From an uncultured Spirochaetota bacterium (GTDB lineage Bacteria > Spirochaetota > Spirochaetia > SZUA-6 > Fen-1364), in contig CAWAHW010000002.1 of assembly GCA_963781885.1 (NCBI GenBank), forward strand, positions 1,088,001 to 1,152,000: a stretch of DNA of 64,000 bases, given 5' to 3'. The position numbers and the translations under genes were made by a program. The notes beneath the pieces are model-generated. The model saw only the letters and a program-made list of their open reading frames with translations, ran no database searches and had not been told where the DNA came from. This document shows positions 50,187 through 60,096 of the stretch, in pieces. Within the stretch, counting starts at the first letter, position 1; each line of letters begins with the position of its first letter.

Positions 50187-51831
50187 AGCTGTGGGACATC
50201 GCAAGCGGTCAGGAGATCCGCGCATTTGCCGGTCACACGGACAGTGTCACATGTGTAGCATATTCGCCGGACGGTCGGACCGTGCTGTCTGGTTCACAGG
50301 ACAGGACGCTGAAGCTGTGGGACATCGCAAGCGGCAAGCTCCTCTACACTGCCGTTGCAACTCCCAGCGGTGATTGGTTGGCTTGGACCCCAGAGGGTTT
50401 CTTCGCGGGCACTGAACGGGCCACCCACAACCTCGTTCATATCGTGGACGGCATGCATGTCATCGGCGTCGACCAAGTATATAGCGTCTTCTACCGCCCT
50501 GACCTTGTGGCGGCGAAGGCGGCCGGAAAGGACATTTCCTCCGATTCCCAAGGACTTGATTTGTCAAGCCTACTTTCCGGACTCACCGGAGGCTTGCCTC
50601 CTGTGGTCGAAATCATAAGCCCTCAGAACAGCATCTCCACTCAGCGTGATGTGCAAGTGCGAATACGAGTCACGGACCGCGGTGGAGGGGTGGGCAAAGT
50701 CATCGTGTTCAACGGCGATATGCCCGTGGTGCTCTCTGAGGGGGGTGAGGGCCGAGGTCTCAGCGTGGTGACAGCCTCTTTCTCAGGGGGCGGGGATGTC
50801 TACCAGGCTCTGCTGAGCCTGCAAAACGGCATAAATCTCATTTCGGCATCAGCGTATAACAAGGGCAACACTATCGAATCGCTCCGGGCCTTGGTGCAGC
50901 TGGCCTATCATTCGACCACGGTAACGAAGCCTGACCTGTACATCCTCGCAGTGGCAGTGACACACTACCGGGACGGGGCTCTCCAGTTAAAATATCCGGT
51001 AGAGGACGCCATCGCGCTCGTTGACGCTTTTCAGAAACAAGAGGGTGGGCTCTACAAATCTGTGCACCCCTTCTTCCTTTGTGACGAAAAGGCGACGAGA
51101 GCGGGCTTGGCCACTGCCTTCGAGCAACTGGCGCCTATGGTGAAGCCCGATGATGTGTTTGTACTGTATTTCGCGGGTCACGGAGTGACCTATGACAAGG
51201 ACGGAGAATACTACTTCCTACCGGTGGACTTCCGCTACACAGACTCCTCCAGTATCGCGGCTCAGGGAATATCGAAGGATGACATCACAAGAGGCGTCAC
51301 CGAGATCCAGGCCCAGAAAAGTCTCTTGTTCTTCGATACTTGTGATTCTGGCTCGTTCTTGAATGTTCCCGAAAGCAGGGGAATTGCCGAGAAGACCGCG
51401 GTGGACAGACTGACTCACGCTGTGGGAAGGGCGACGATCGTAGCCTCCAGCAAAGACGAGGTGGCTCTTGAGGGATATGAGAACCATGGGGTGTTCACCT
51501 ATGCGCTCTTGCAGGGACTCTCCGGAGCGGCGGATGCAGAGAAGCGCGGGTATGTGAGCGTAAAGGGACTGTCGGCATACGTCGAAAACGAAGTGCCAGA
51601 GCTTACGAACAAGATGGCGGGCTATGAGCAGATCCCGCAGAGTCTGCTGCCGTCGGAGGATTTCCCGCTCGTAAAAGACTAAGAAGCTGCCGCATCACCA
51701 GGGGAGATGGGCAAGAATCCAGGGGGGCAGTACCTCACGTGTTGAACGAAGTTTGGACAAGGAGTTGCTTCGGAGACAAACCCGCCCAATCCGTGCTTGC
51801 CCATGGGAGGACTGCTGTGGAAGAGGACCTA

Positions 51832-52095
51832 ATGAACGCCAAGAAGCTTTACCTGGTGAAACTCTCTGACTTCTTGGTTGCCAATCAGAAAGCCATGTCT
51901 GGTCAGGAATTGGTAGAGCACTTGAACAGGAACAATTTCCTTACCAGTTACGGCACCGAATACCAAGGTGGCAGAGGCGTTTACCGACTACTGTCTCAAA
52001 CTTGGAAGTGGCTGACCGAGCTGGGTCTCACTGAAGAGGCAAAGAAGTTTCCGACTGCGTTTGTTCAGGGAAACGGTGAGTACCCTTGGGAATAA
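51832..52095 (+). CDS. 87-aa hypothetical protein, possibly DNA-binding
   Basis: GAGGA RBS; ELVEHLNRNNFLTSYGTEY resembles the recombinase-domain LN....T..G motif. Confidence 0.6.
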   Translation: MNAKKLYLVKLSDFLVANQKAMSGQELVEHLNRNNFLTSYGTEYQGGRGVYRLLSQTWKWLTELGLTEEAKKFPTAFVQGNGEYPWE

Positions 52096-52344
52096 ACCGA
52101 ACGAACGACATGATCGTTTTCGTGGCCGGTACTCCGGTGTTCTATCTGTGAACCCCCTCGTGATCAACTGATCAACTGCGGAGACTATTCCAAATTCTAC
52201 GCACTTTGCGCAATCTTAATGTCGCGGAAGACTGTTGCGCGGTCTCGCCGTCCTTGTTTGTAACCGTCAAAACAACCACACCTTGTAAAGAGGCCTTGAG
52301 GAATCAATCCTGAGCCCACGATTTGAGCGCTCAGGAGGTGATGC

Positions 52345-52686
52345 ATGGATCAAGTCCCCGCGAAAATGAAACAGCGGCGTCGCTCGGCTGCGGAATGGCG
52401 CGAGCTGATAAGTGCCTGGAAGCAAAGCGGCAAGACGCGCGAGATGTGGTGTCACGAGAACGGCGTGGGCATGGAATCCCTACGTCGATGGACGAAGCGG
52501 CTTCGAAGAGCAGACGCAGCCGTAGCCTTCGTCCAGATTGAGAAGTCCATTTCTGTTTCAACGAAGTCCGTCCCGATACACCTTCGCATCTTGGCAAGCG
52601 GCGATGTGGAGCTTCAGGGGGAGTTCAGCGAGGAGCTTCTTCGCCGAGTGTTACGTGTCGCACGGGAAGCGGCTGATGTTTCTTGA
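52345..52686 (+). CDS. IS66 accessory protein TnpA
   Basis: W..LI..W.QSG.T...WC...G HTH; first ORF of the IS66. Confidence 0.82.
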   Translation: MDQVPAKMKQRRRSAAEWRELISAWKQSGKTREMWCHENGVGMESLRRWTKRLRRADAAVAFVQIEKSISVSTKSVPIHLRILASGDVELQGEFSEELLRRVLRVAREAADVS

Positions 52687-52968
52687 GTGGGATCGGGTGA
52701 AGGTGTTTGTGCGCCCCGGTGGCACAGACCTGAGGAAACAGATCAACGGTCTGGCAGCGATGGCGCAAAGTGCGATGGCCGGGGATCCACTGTCCGGGAA
52801 CCTATTTCTGTTCAGCAATAAGGACCGGCATCTACTGAAGGCGCTGTACTGGGATCATAGCGGTTTTTGCCTGTGGCAGAAGCGCCTGGAGCGGGAGAAG
52901 TTTCCCTGGCCGCACACACAGGAGGCGGCACGCGAAATCAGCGTTGAGCAGCTTCGCATGCTGTTGAG

Positions 52969-53539
52969 TGAGACTTGATAACCCACCGCCTATGGCGGTG
53001 GTGATGTCCTGATGGCTATGCCGTAAGACGGAATGCGAATAAAATCGAAACATGACGAAATGGAAAAAACAATCGCACGTGGTCTACCAGTGCAGCTATC
53101 ACATAGTATGGTGCCCCAAGTATAGATTTCGAATACTTGAAGGTGCTGTAGCGAAGTACGTCGAAGGACGTATCAGGGCGATCTGCGAATGGAAGGATAG
53201 TGGAATAGAGGAACTGAATGTGATGAAAGATCATGTGCATCTGGTGGTAAACGTTCCTCCAAGGGTATCGATATCAGAACTGATGGGGATTTTGAAGGGC
53301 AAGACAGCAATAGGAATATTTCAAAACTACAAGAGCTTGAAGCGGAAACCATACTGGGGAAATCATTTCTGGAGCCGCGGCTATTGCGTAACGACGATAG
53401 GGCTGGATGAAGAGAAGATACGTCGCTACGTACGATACCAGGAAGAAAACGAGCGGCTCGAAGAGAAAGAGCACGAAGAAGCAGGCCTCTTTTAGAGGCC
53501 GGGGTTCAAAACCACCTCCTCTGGAGGTGGATGCTTTAT
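52969..53539 (+). mobile_element. IS200-like element, copy 2
   Basis: Matches copy 1; inserted after TTGAG with no TSD. Confidence 0.93.
53052..53495 (+). CDS. tnpA: IS200/IS605 family Y1 transposase
   Basis: Same protein as 40910..41353. Confidence 0.95.
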   Translation: MTKWKKQSHVVYQCSYHIVWCPKYRFRILEGAVAKYVEGRIRAICEWKDSGIEELNVMKDHVHLVVNVPPRVSISELMGILKGKTAIGIFQNYKSLKRKPYWGNHFWSRGYCVTTIGLDEEKIRRYVRYQEENERLEEKEHEEAGLF

Positions 53540-54825
53540 TGGGATCGACTTCTGGAACGCGCATCAGAAGCTGAGCTATCGAAGCGTCATATAGGACTAC
53601 CGGGGATACCGGCTCTCATGATAAAGTGCCCGGGTGAGCGACAAACTGGGAGCGCTACCGGACGGTGTGAAGGAGTTGCACGATCGTATTCGTCAGCTTG
53701 AGGCCAGCCTGGAGAAGGAACGTGCCGAGAAGATTGAATACCAGCACGAAGCTCTGAAGCATTTCGAGGAGATCCAGCTTCTGCGGCGACGGATATTCGG
53801 TCGCAGAGCGGAGAAGCTCAGCGAGGAAGACCGGCGTCAACTTCTGCTGTTCAACGAGGCTGAGGAAATTCTGGCGCAAGGCAGCGGGCAGCCTGAGGAG
53901 CAAACCGTCGAGGTTCGTGCTCATAGCCGACGAAAGAGCGGGCGCAAACCCCTGCCGCCCGAGATTCCCCGAGTCGAGACAATTCACGACATCAGCGAAG
54001 AAGAGAAGCAATGCGCCTGCGGGCAACAGATGGGCCGCATCGGGGAGGAGATCTGCGAAAAGCTTGAAGTGATCCCTGCCCGCATTCGGGTGCGCCGTCA
54101 CGTGCGGCCCAAGTATGCCTGCCATGCCTGCGAAGGCTCGGGAGACGAGAGTCGAGCAGCAGTTCGTATTGCTCCTGCTCCCGTACAGCTTCTGCCCAAA
54201 AGCATCGCCTCTCCCGCCCTTGTGGCTTACATCATGGTGGGCAAGTTCTGTGATTCCTTGCCGTTCTACCGCCAGGAGAAGCAGTTTGCGCGCATCGGAG
54301 TGGAGGTCAGCCGTCAGGACATGGCCAACTGGAGCATTGCGGTGTTTCAGAGGCTTCGGCCGCTTCGGGAGTTGATGCGTAGCCAGATCCGTCGAGGCCC
54401 TCTGGTGCAGATCGATGAGACGACGGTGCAGGTCATGGGGGAGCCCGGGCGGCCCAACACCTCAAAGAGCTTTATGTGGGTATTCCTGGGAGGAAACCCC
54501 GGTCAGCCTGTCGTAGAGTATCAGTACCATCCTACCCGCTCGGGCAAGATTCCTTTCGAGGCTCTACGAGGGTATGAAGGCTTCATCCAAACAGACGGCT
54601 ACGATGGTTATCAAGAGCTGGGAAGCCAACCGGGGATCGTGCATGTCGGATGCTGGGCACATGCCCGGAGAAAGTTCTTCGAGGCCAAGGAAGTCTCCAA
54701 GACCAAAGGCAGCGCCGATGTCGCCTTGGCCAGCATCAATGAGCTTTTCAAGATCGAACGGACGCTCAGAGACGAGGATCTTGCTCCCAATCAGTTCACA
54801 CAACGCCGTCGCGAGCAGACTGAAC

Positions 54826-56344
54826 CCTAACGTTGCATAAAAAGATCGCTATGCAGAGGCATCCAGGGCTGCCAGATATGTTTGGAACTCTTTACGTGTG
54901 ATTTCGTTGCCGCTCAGGGTAAGTCGTAGCCGCCCCTGCGGTCTGGTCAGTCGACCTGCCCTGTGGAGAAGCACCTGACGAATGGTCGTTGCCTCGCGGA
55001 AGCTCCATAAAGGTGACCGTTTCGCTGTCGTGGTCCGATCCTTTGTGCAGCTTTTGATATGAAGCTCACGAAAAAGATTATGCGCGATCACTGCCGAAAG
55101 AAAGTACCACTGGTTGCCGGCCAGGCGACGCACGGGGACATAATCCATCTGGCACTGGTCCTTCAATTCTGAGAACATGTTCTCCTGCGACGCCCTCCCG
55201 TTGTGAAACAAGAGGATTCCCTTCGCCTTACCTCGCTTGTTGGTGACGATCACCTTGAACTCGTAGCCTTCTTCGTGAGGAACAAAGAGCTCCAACTGGA
55301 CAGGTTCCTTTCGTTGCTTTTTCACCTTGTGGCGGAGGAACAGAAACCGATAGTGTTTGCTCCAGCAGTTCGGCGACCAGGGCAACTCGAAGTACGACCA
55401 CTCGGAATCCAGGCGCTGCCACGTGCTCCTGGATTCAATGATCTCCTTCAACTCGGAGAATCGCTCGAAGGGAACGGAGATGCTAAACTCGACTTTCTGG
55501 GAATCCAGAAAACTCACTGTTTCATCGCTGAAAAACGCTGAATCCTTACGCGACTCCACAATCACACCGGGCAGCTGAGCTCGCACCGCGGCCACGCACG
55601 CCCCAATGAAAGCAAGTGAGCCCTTGGAGTCGTGCACGTTGCCTGGCCGATGATGGGCATCCAGGACTTGACCGCTTTGCGCGACGGTGCAGAACAACGG
55701 GTAGTAGCTTCTGGCCCCCTTCTTTTTATCATTATACCCGATGGCCGTCCCCTCGGCGTAACGGCCGCTGGAGATCACCGAGCCATCGAAGTCCAAGGTG
55801 ACCCGTGCCAGCCCCTGATGTTCAAGACGTTGCAGGACCAAAGCACGATTGAACTCTTGAAGGTTGGCAACGCTGTGCGCATCAGCCCGACAGAGCATCC
55901 GACTCACCGTACAGACATGAGGCAGCCGCCGCAATCCCAGTGCTCGTCGAATCAGCGGGTCCTCTCGGTAGCGATCAATATCACGCAGCCGACGGTAGCC
56001 CAGCATCAAGTGCAGGATCATCAACAAGGCGACGCTGTGAAACCCTACCACGGAACCCTTCTTCCGATGGGTGAAGCATCGCTGTAGTTTGCCCGCGACA
56101 TCCATGTTTTTGAAAAGGGCTTGTAGTACCACGGTCCCAGAAAAAGATGTCAAGCGTTGATCTTCGAAGCGAAGCTCGGGGAACTTGTAGACGCGGGAGT
56201 GGATTTGTGCTCTACTGGGTTTCACGTTTGGTGGCCTCCTGGTCGGTAGATCTGACTCTTGGCGGAATCAGGATTTGCCATATCAGGACGCCACTTTTTC
56301 ATCTACACGTCAAGCGAATATCTGCCTTTTATGCATCTGTAAGG
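54826..56344 (-). mobile_element. IS1380 family element, copy 2, complete
   Basis: Imperfect IRs CCTTACAGATGCATAAAA and CCTAACGTTGCATAAAA; 5-bp TSD TGAAC at 54821 and 56345. Confidence 0.92.
54849..56225 (-). CDS. IS1380 family transposase
   Basis: Intact 458-aa DDE ORF. Confidence 0.9.
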   Translation of the reverse strand: MKPSRAQIHSRVYKFPELRFEDQRLTSFSGTVVLQALFKNMDVAGKLQRCFTHRKKGSVVGFHSVALLMILHLMLGYRRLRDIDRYREDPLIRRALGLRRLPHVCTVSRMLCRADAHSVANLQEFNRALVLQRLEHQGLARVTLDFDGSVISSGRYAEGTAIGYNDKKKGARSYYPLFCTVAQSGQVLDAHHRPGNVHDSKGSLAFIGACVAAVRAQLPGVIVESRKDSAFFSDETVSFLDSQKVEFSISVPFERFSELKEIIESRSTWQRLDSEWSYFELPWSPNCWSKHYRFLFLRHKVKKQRKEPVQLELFVPHEEGYEFKVIVTNKRGKAKGILLFHNGRASQENMFSELKDQCQMDYVPVRRLAGNQWYFLSAVIAHNLFRELHIKSCTKDRTTTAKRSPLWSFREATTIRQVLLHRAGRLTRPQGRLRLTLSGNEITRKEFQTYLAALDASA

Positions 56345-57351
56345 TGAACCTGTACTTGAGAAGCTGCGCGTATGGCTGGAGGAGCGCGAGGGTCAGATCC
56401 CTCCGTCCACGACGCTGGGCAAGGCGATCGGCTACACCGTCGGGCAGTGGCCCAAGCTCATCCGTTACCTGGACAGCCCGCTGTTGGCTCCCGACAACAA
56501 TGCCTGCGAGAGGGCCATTCGGCCCTTTGTGATCGGACGCAAGAACTGGATGCTGTCAGGAAGCCCCGCAGGAGCGGAAGCCAGCGCGGCATGGTACAGC
56601 CTCATCGAAACCGCGAAGAGCAACGGCGTTGAGCCCTATCTGTACTTGTGTTACATCCTCGCCAGATTGCCCGACAGCAACAACCCTGCAGACTTTCAAT
56701 TCCTTCTGCCCTGGAATATTTCAAAAGAATCCTTGCTCGATTTCCAGTCGGGACGTCTGGCCTGAGTTCATTACCGCAAGACGCCTCGCGGCTACGCACA
56801 CAGGGGTGTGGTTGTTTTGACGGTTACCCTTGTTTGAAGAGGAAATGGAAGTCCCTCGTCAGGGGCTTGGCAAGGGAGGCGAGGATGCCAAGGAGAAGGC
56901 GCGTATCCGATCGATCGGCCATCGAAAGGTAACTTTAATGGGATTTGCTATTGCCTTGCTGAGGCGTGGCGGACGAAAGGGGAGGGGGATGGCTCCTCCT
57001 TTACTACTGTAGATGCCCTCTGCGGGGAAGAATGCCGCACTCAGGGTCACATCTGCTGCGCCGACGGAAGTCCGGGTGTAGTCCCTTATAGCAAGTCCTT
57101 ACAAAATGGTGAGTTGCTTTGCTCCAAATCAGGTGCAAGCTGAGGTAGGACTTCCGGCCCCAGCCCCTCAAAATGGCGCAGGGGCGATTTGTTCCCCAGG
57201 AGGCCCAAGGGCCAATGGAGGGGATATTGCGCCTTACGGTGACCTACCAAATGCTTTCTTGACGAAGGTAGCATGTCTCATCAGAAAAAGCTGCTCGTGC
57301 GCATCGTGAACTCTTCATGCCAGGGGGTATTGCCCGTGACATTAGAGAATG

Positions 57352-57365
57352 CTATACATGTATAG
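57352..57365. promoter_or_regulatory. TA operator palindrome CTATACATGTATAG
   Basis: Perfect 14-bp palindrome over a TATACA -10-like box, next to the AAGGAG RBS. Confidence 0.65.
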
Positions 57366-57374
57366 AAGGAGCGA

Positions 57375-57599
57375 ATGATGCTGGCACTGCGACTACCGGA
57401 TGACATAGAGAGACGACTCGACACCCTGGCTAAGCGCACAGGACGGTCCAAATCTTACTATGCCCGCGAAGCGATCGTCGAGCACCTTGAAGACTTGGAG
57501 GACATTTACCTCGCGGAAAAAGAACTACTGAAAATTCGCCGCGGCGCGCCGACCCACAGTCTGGATGACATCATGAAAGAATATGGGCTGGAAGGTTAG
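57375..57599 (+). CDS. RHH antitoxin (RelB/CopG-like)
   Basis: LRLP.DIE.RL..LA..TGRSKSYY.REAI..HLEDLED.YLA. Confidence 0.88.
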   Translation: MMLALRLPDDIERRLDTLAKRTGRSKSYYAREAIVEHLEDLEDIYLAEKELLKIRRGAPTHSLDDIMKEYGLEG

Positions 57600-57852
57600 G
57601 CTGAGCGATCGTGCACGGAGGGACCTGAAGAAGCTCGATCGGCAAGTAGCAACACGGGTACTGAGATTCTTTCACGAGAGAATCGAAGGCGGGAAAGACC
57701 CTCGCGGCATCGGGGCTGCGCTCATGGGCTCGGAGATGGGAGAGTTTTGGAAGTATCGCATTGGTGACTGGCGGGCTGTCTGCTCGATCCAAGACGAAGG
57801 TTTCCTTGTCATAGTGCTCACAGTCAAACATCGCAGCCGAGTCTATAAGTAA
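57583..57852 (+). CDS. relE: RelE/ParE family toxin
   Basis: A.RDLKKLD, PR..G.AL.G, WKYRIGDWR and HR..VY motifs; overlaps the antitoxin gene. Confidence 0.9.
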   Translation: MGWKVRLSDRARRDLKKLDRQVATRVLRFFHERIEGGKDPRGIGAALMGSEMGEFWKYRIGDWRAVCSIQDEGFLVIVLTVKHRSRVYK

Positions 57853-58164
57853 CTTGTAGGTTAAAGCGGCGACTTGAAAGCGGCGTAAGCAAGCAGCCGA
57901 AAACCTCACTATGGCCCACTATACGCTCCCGCGATCGGCTCTGCGGGTGAGACCTTATCCGGATGAGCTGCTCTGACCAGGCTGCCGGGCGGTACAAAAA
58001 GATTTGGTAGACCTGTTGCTTACATAGGGGAGTTGTCTGATTCGTTCCCAGTGGACCGGCAGCTCCAGAAAGCTTCACTATGACGGCAAACAATCCACCA
58101 ACCTGCCGAGTCGACCGTCGTGCTCGCCAGTGTTGAATTAGGCGGCGCGGGCATCTGTCCATTA

Positions 58165-58245
58165 CGGCAGATCAGTACTTCGTCATCCAGACCGTGGAGG
58201 AAGCCCGGCGCCGCTATGGGCAGCCGCAGATATTCAACACTGATC
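58165..58245 (+). pseudogene. IS3-family integrase-core scrap
   Basis: FVIQTVEEARRRYGQPQIFNTD resembles YG.PEIFNTDQG. Confidence 0.5.
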
Positions 58246-58576
58246 TTTGCCAGGGTCGGGCCAAACCCTTGATTCGAGACGCGCCTCTGCAACGATGGTC
58301 GGGAGACTTTACGGCTGCAGCTGATAGCGAGAGGCATGCACGACCCATGGCTCGCTCATGTATGTTTCTTGTTCCATCTTGCGGGGATGCACCTCTATGC
58401 TTCATAGGATATGTTCCATTTTGTACCAATTGATCCACACGACGGAACAACGAACATTGCCGTAAAAATCGGTAAGATAAATCATAATTCTAGGAAAAAG
58501 AAGCTTATCAATACACTAATAGATTGAATAGACATAATTGACATGACAATTTGGAGTTTAAGAAAGCATAAGAGCG

Positions 58577-58591
58577 TGGCACGCATATTGC
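58577..58591 (+). promoter_or_regulatory. Sigma54 (-24/-12) promoter
   Basis: TGGCAC-GCATA-TTGC with exact consensus spacing; AT-rich upstream DNA. Confidence 0.7.
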
Positions 58592-58670
58592 GTTATGAAG
58601 CGTAGCCGTTGGCTGTCTTATGGGGTTTGAGGGTAAGCGCTAATTCAACCACACCCCTCATTGATGTGGC

Positions 58671-59283
58671 TCAGAGAGCGGCGGTTTCGAAGTCTTTGAT
58701 GGTCAATTGCTGGGGAGTCAGTGCTCGGTAATCAGCGCGGCTTTGCACGAAGGGCAGCTTGGTGAAAACGTATCTCAGGTATCGGTAGGGTTCGATTCCG
58801 TTCGCCTTCGCTGTTTCGATCAAACTGTAGAGCGTTGCACTGGCATGGGCTCCCCGGGGGGAGCCACTGAAGAGCCAGTTCTTTCTGCCTATCACGAAAG
58901 GACGGATCGCATTCTCAATCATGTTCGTGTCGGGCGTGAGGTAGGGGTTATCAAGGTAGCGCTGTAGTTTCTCCCACTCCTTGAGGGCGTAATTCACAGC
59001 TTTGCCCAGGAGGGCAGAAGGCGGAACCTGGAGAGTTTTCACTTCGAGCCATTCCTTGAAGTCCCGCAGAATCGGCTGGACCTGCTCCTTTCGATTCTGG
59101 AGAAACGCCTCAGGGGATAACTGCTGGACGCGTAGATCCCTCTCGATGCGGTAGAAGAAGCCTCAGCTCTTCCTCCAACACAGTGGCTCTGCTGCTGAGG
59201 AAAGAGACTTCATTCTGAAGGCGGACAACCAGTTGCTGAAGCCCCTGGACATCCGCAGGCAAGATGACGGATTCCTCTCCCAT
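58671..59283 (-). pseudogene. IS66 TnpC with large internal deletion near 59155
   Basis: N-terminal coiled coil joined out of frame to FYRIER...ENAIRPFVIGRKNWLF. Confidence 0.85.
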
Positions 59284-59341
59284 GACGCGCTGAACTGTAA
59301 CAGAGCACAATGAAAGAGGTCAATGGTTTTGCAAGAGAAAA

Positions 59342-59689
59342 TCAGGAAACCTGTCGGTAATCCAACTTTTTGTGAGCGTGCCAGAAATCAATACCTTGCA
59401 GCAGAAAGCCCAACTGCTCGCCGGTAATCTCTGCTGCCTCCGTCTGATTTGTCGGCCAGGGGAACTTGTCCTTCTCCAGGCGCTTTAGCCACAGGCAGAA
59501 ACCGTTCTTGTCCCAGTAGATGATTTTCAGAATGCGTCTGTGTTTGTTGCAGAAGAGGAACAGGTTTCCTTCAAATGGATCCATGTGTAGCTCATCGGAG
59601 ACGAGCATCGAAAGGCCGTTGATTTGCTTTCGCATGTCAGTAGCCCCGGGCTTCACGAACATCCTGACCTTTGTCCAATCAAGGATCAT
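59342..59689 (-). CDS. IS66 accessory protein TnpB
   Basis: TDMRKQINGL, KRLEKDKFPWP and GIDFW motifs. Confidence 0.92.
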   Translation of the reverse strand: MILDWTKVRMFVKPGATDMRKQINGLSMLVSDELHMDPFEGNLFLFCNKHRRILKIIYWDKNGFCLWLKRLEKDKFPWPTNQTEAAEITGEQLGFLLQGIDFWHAHKKLDYRQVS

Positions 59690-59990
59690 CCCAGGCTCTC
59701 CAGAGCCTTGATCAGCTCCGCGAATAGCAGGGCGTTGAAACCGTCCCGTATTTCAATGCGGTATCTATCGGCGACGACTACCTCAAGACAGCTCTTCACG
59801 GCTGCAATCCCTTGGGCCTTCAATTCAACCAGTCCATTCAGACCTCTCTACCTCGCGGACCCTCGAAAACCAATAGTCCAGGGTTGATAGTTTCAGATGA
59901 TTCTTCGCACAGAAAGCCCGCCGCGTTGACCCGCTCTTTTGGAATGCATCGCGTCGTCTTTTCCAAAGCTCCAGCTTCTGGGACTTCACC
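59686..59990 (-). pseudogene. IS66 TnpA, frameshifted near 59840; start approximate
   Basis: W......F.KSG.TRRAFC....L..STL.YW; C-terminus in another frame overlapping the tnpB ATG. Confidence 0.7.
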
Positions 59991-60096
59991 TTTGCCTCCG
60001 TTTGATCGATTGCTCGGGCAAGGATGCCATCCACCGAACGCTGGCGGTAGGTGCGGTTGATTTAGCGGTTACGTTTGAGGGGAGGATGGAATCCGA

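Larger units (their letters stand above)
46907..51682 (+). pseudogene. Lipoprotein with about 14 WD40 repeats and a C-terminal caspase (peptidase C14) domain, split by IS1380
   Basis: LGAG-C lipobox; repeated (F/Y)SPDG..S.D.TL.LWD; YFAGHG and FDTCDSG His-Cys dyad in ORF 50159..51682. Confidence 0.85.
52676..53594 (+). pseudogene. IS66 TnpB interrupted by IS200
   Basis: TDLRKQINGL, LFLF and KRLE..KF.WP motifs; removing the IS restores MLLS-GIDFW. Confidence 0.88.
53634..56765 (+). pseudogene. IS66 transposase TnpC interrupted by IS1380
   Basis: LPFYRQ, IDET, QTDGY, CWAHARRKF and DNN..ER.IRP...GRKNW motifs; rejoins as QTEP-VLEKL. Confidence 0.9.
52260..56827 (+). mobile_element. IS66 family element carrying nested IS200 and IS1380
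   Basis: Perfect 23-bp IR GTAACCGTCAAAACAACCACACC; 8-bp TSD CCTTGTTT at 52252 and 56828. Confidence 0.95.
58633..60072 (-). mobile_element. Internally deleted IS66 element, 1440 bp
   Basis: IRs GTAAGCGCTAATTCAACC and GTAACCGCTAAATCAACC; 8-bp TSD GTTTGAGG at 58625 and 60073. Confidence 0.92.

Noticed and set aside
56828-57330. Gene interrupted by the first IS66
   Set aside because: Rejoining the flanks at 52259/56836 gave only short ORFs with no recognisable motif
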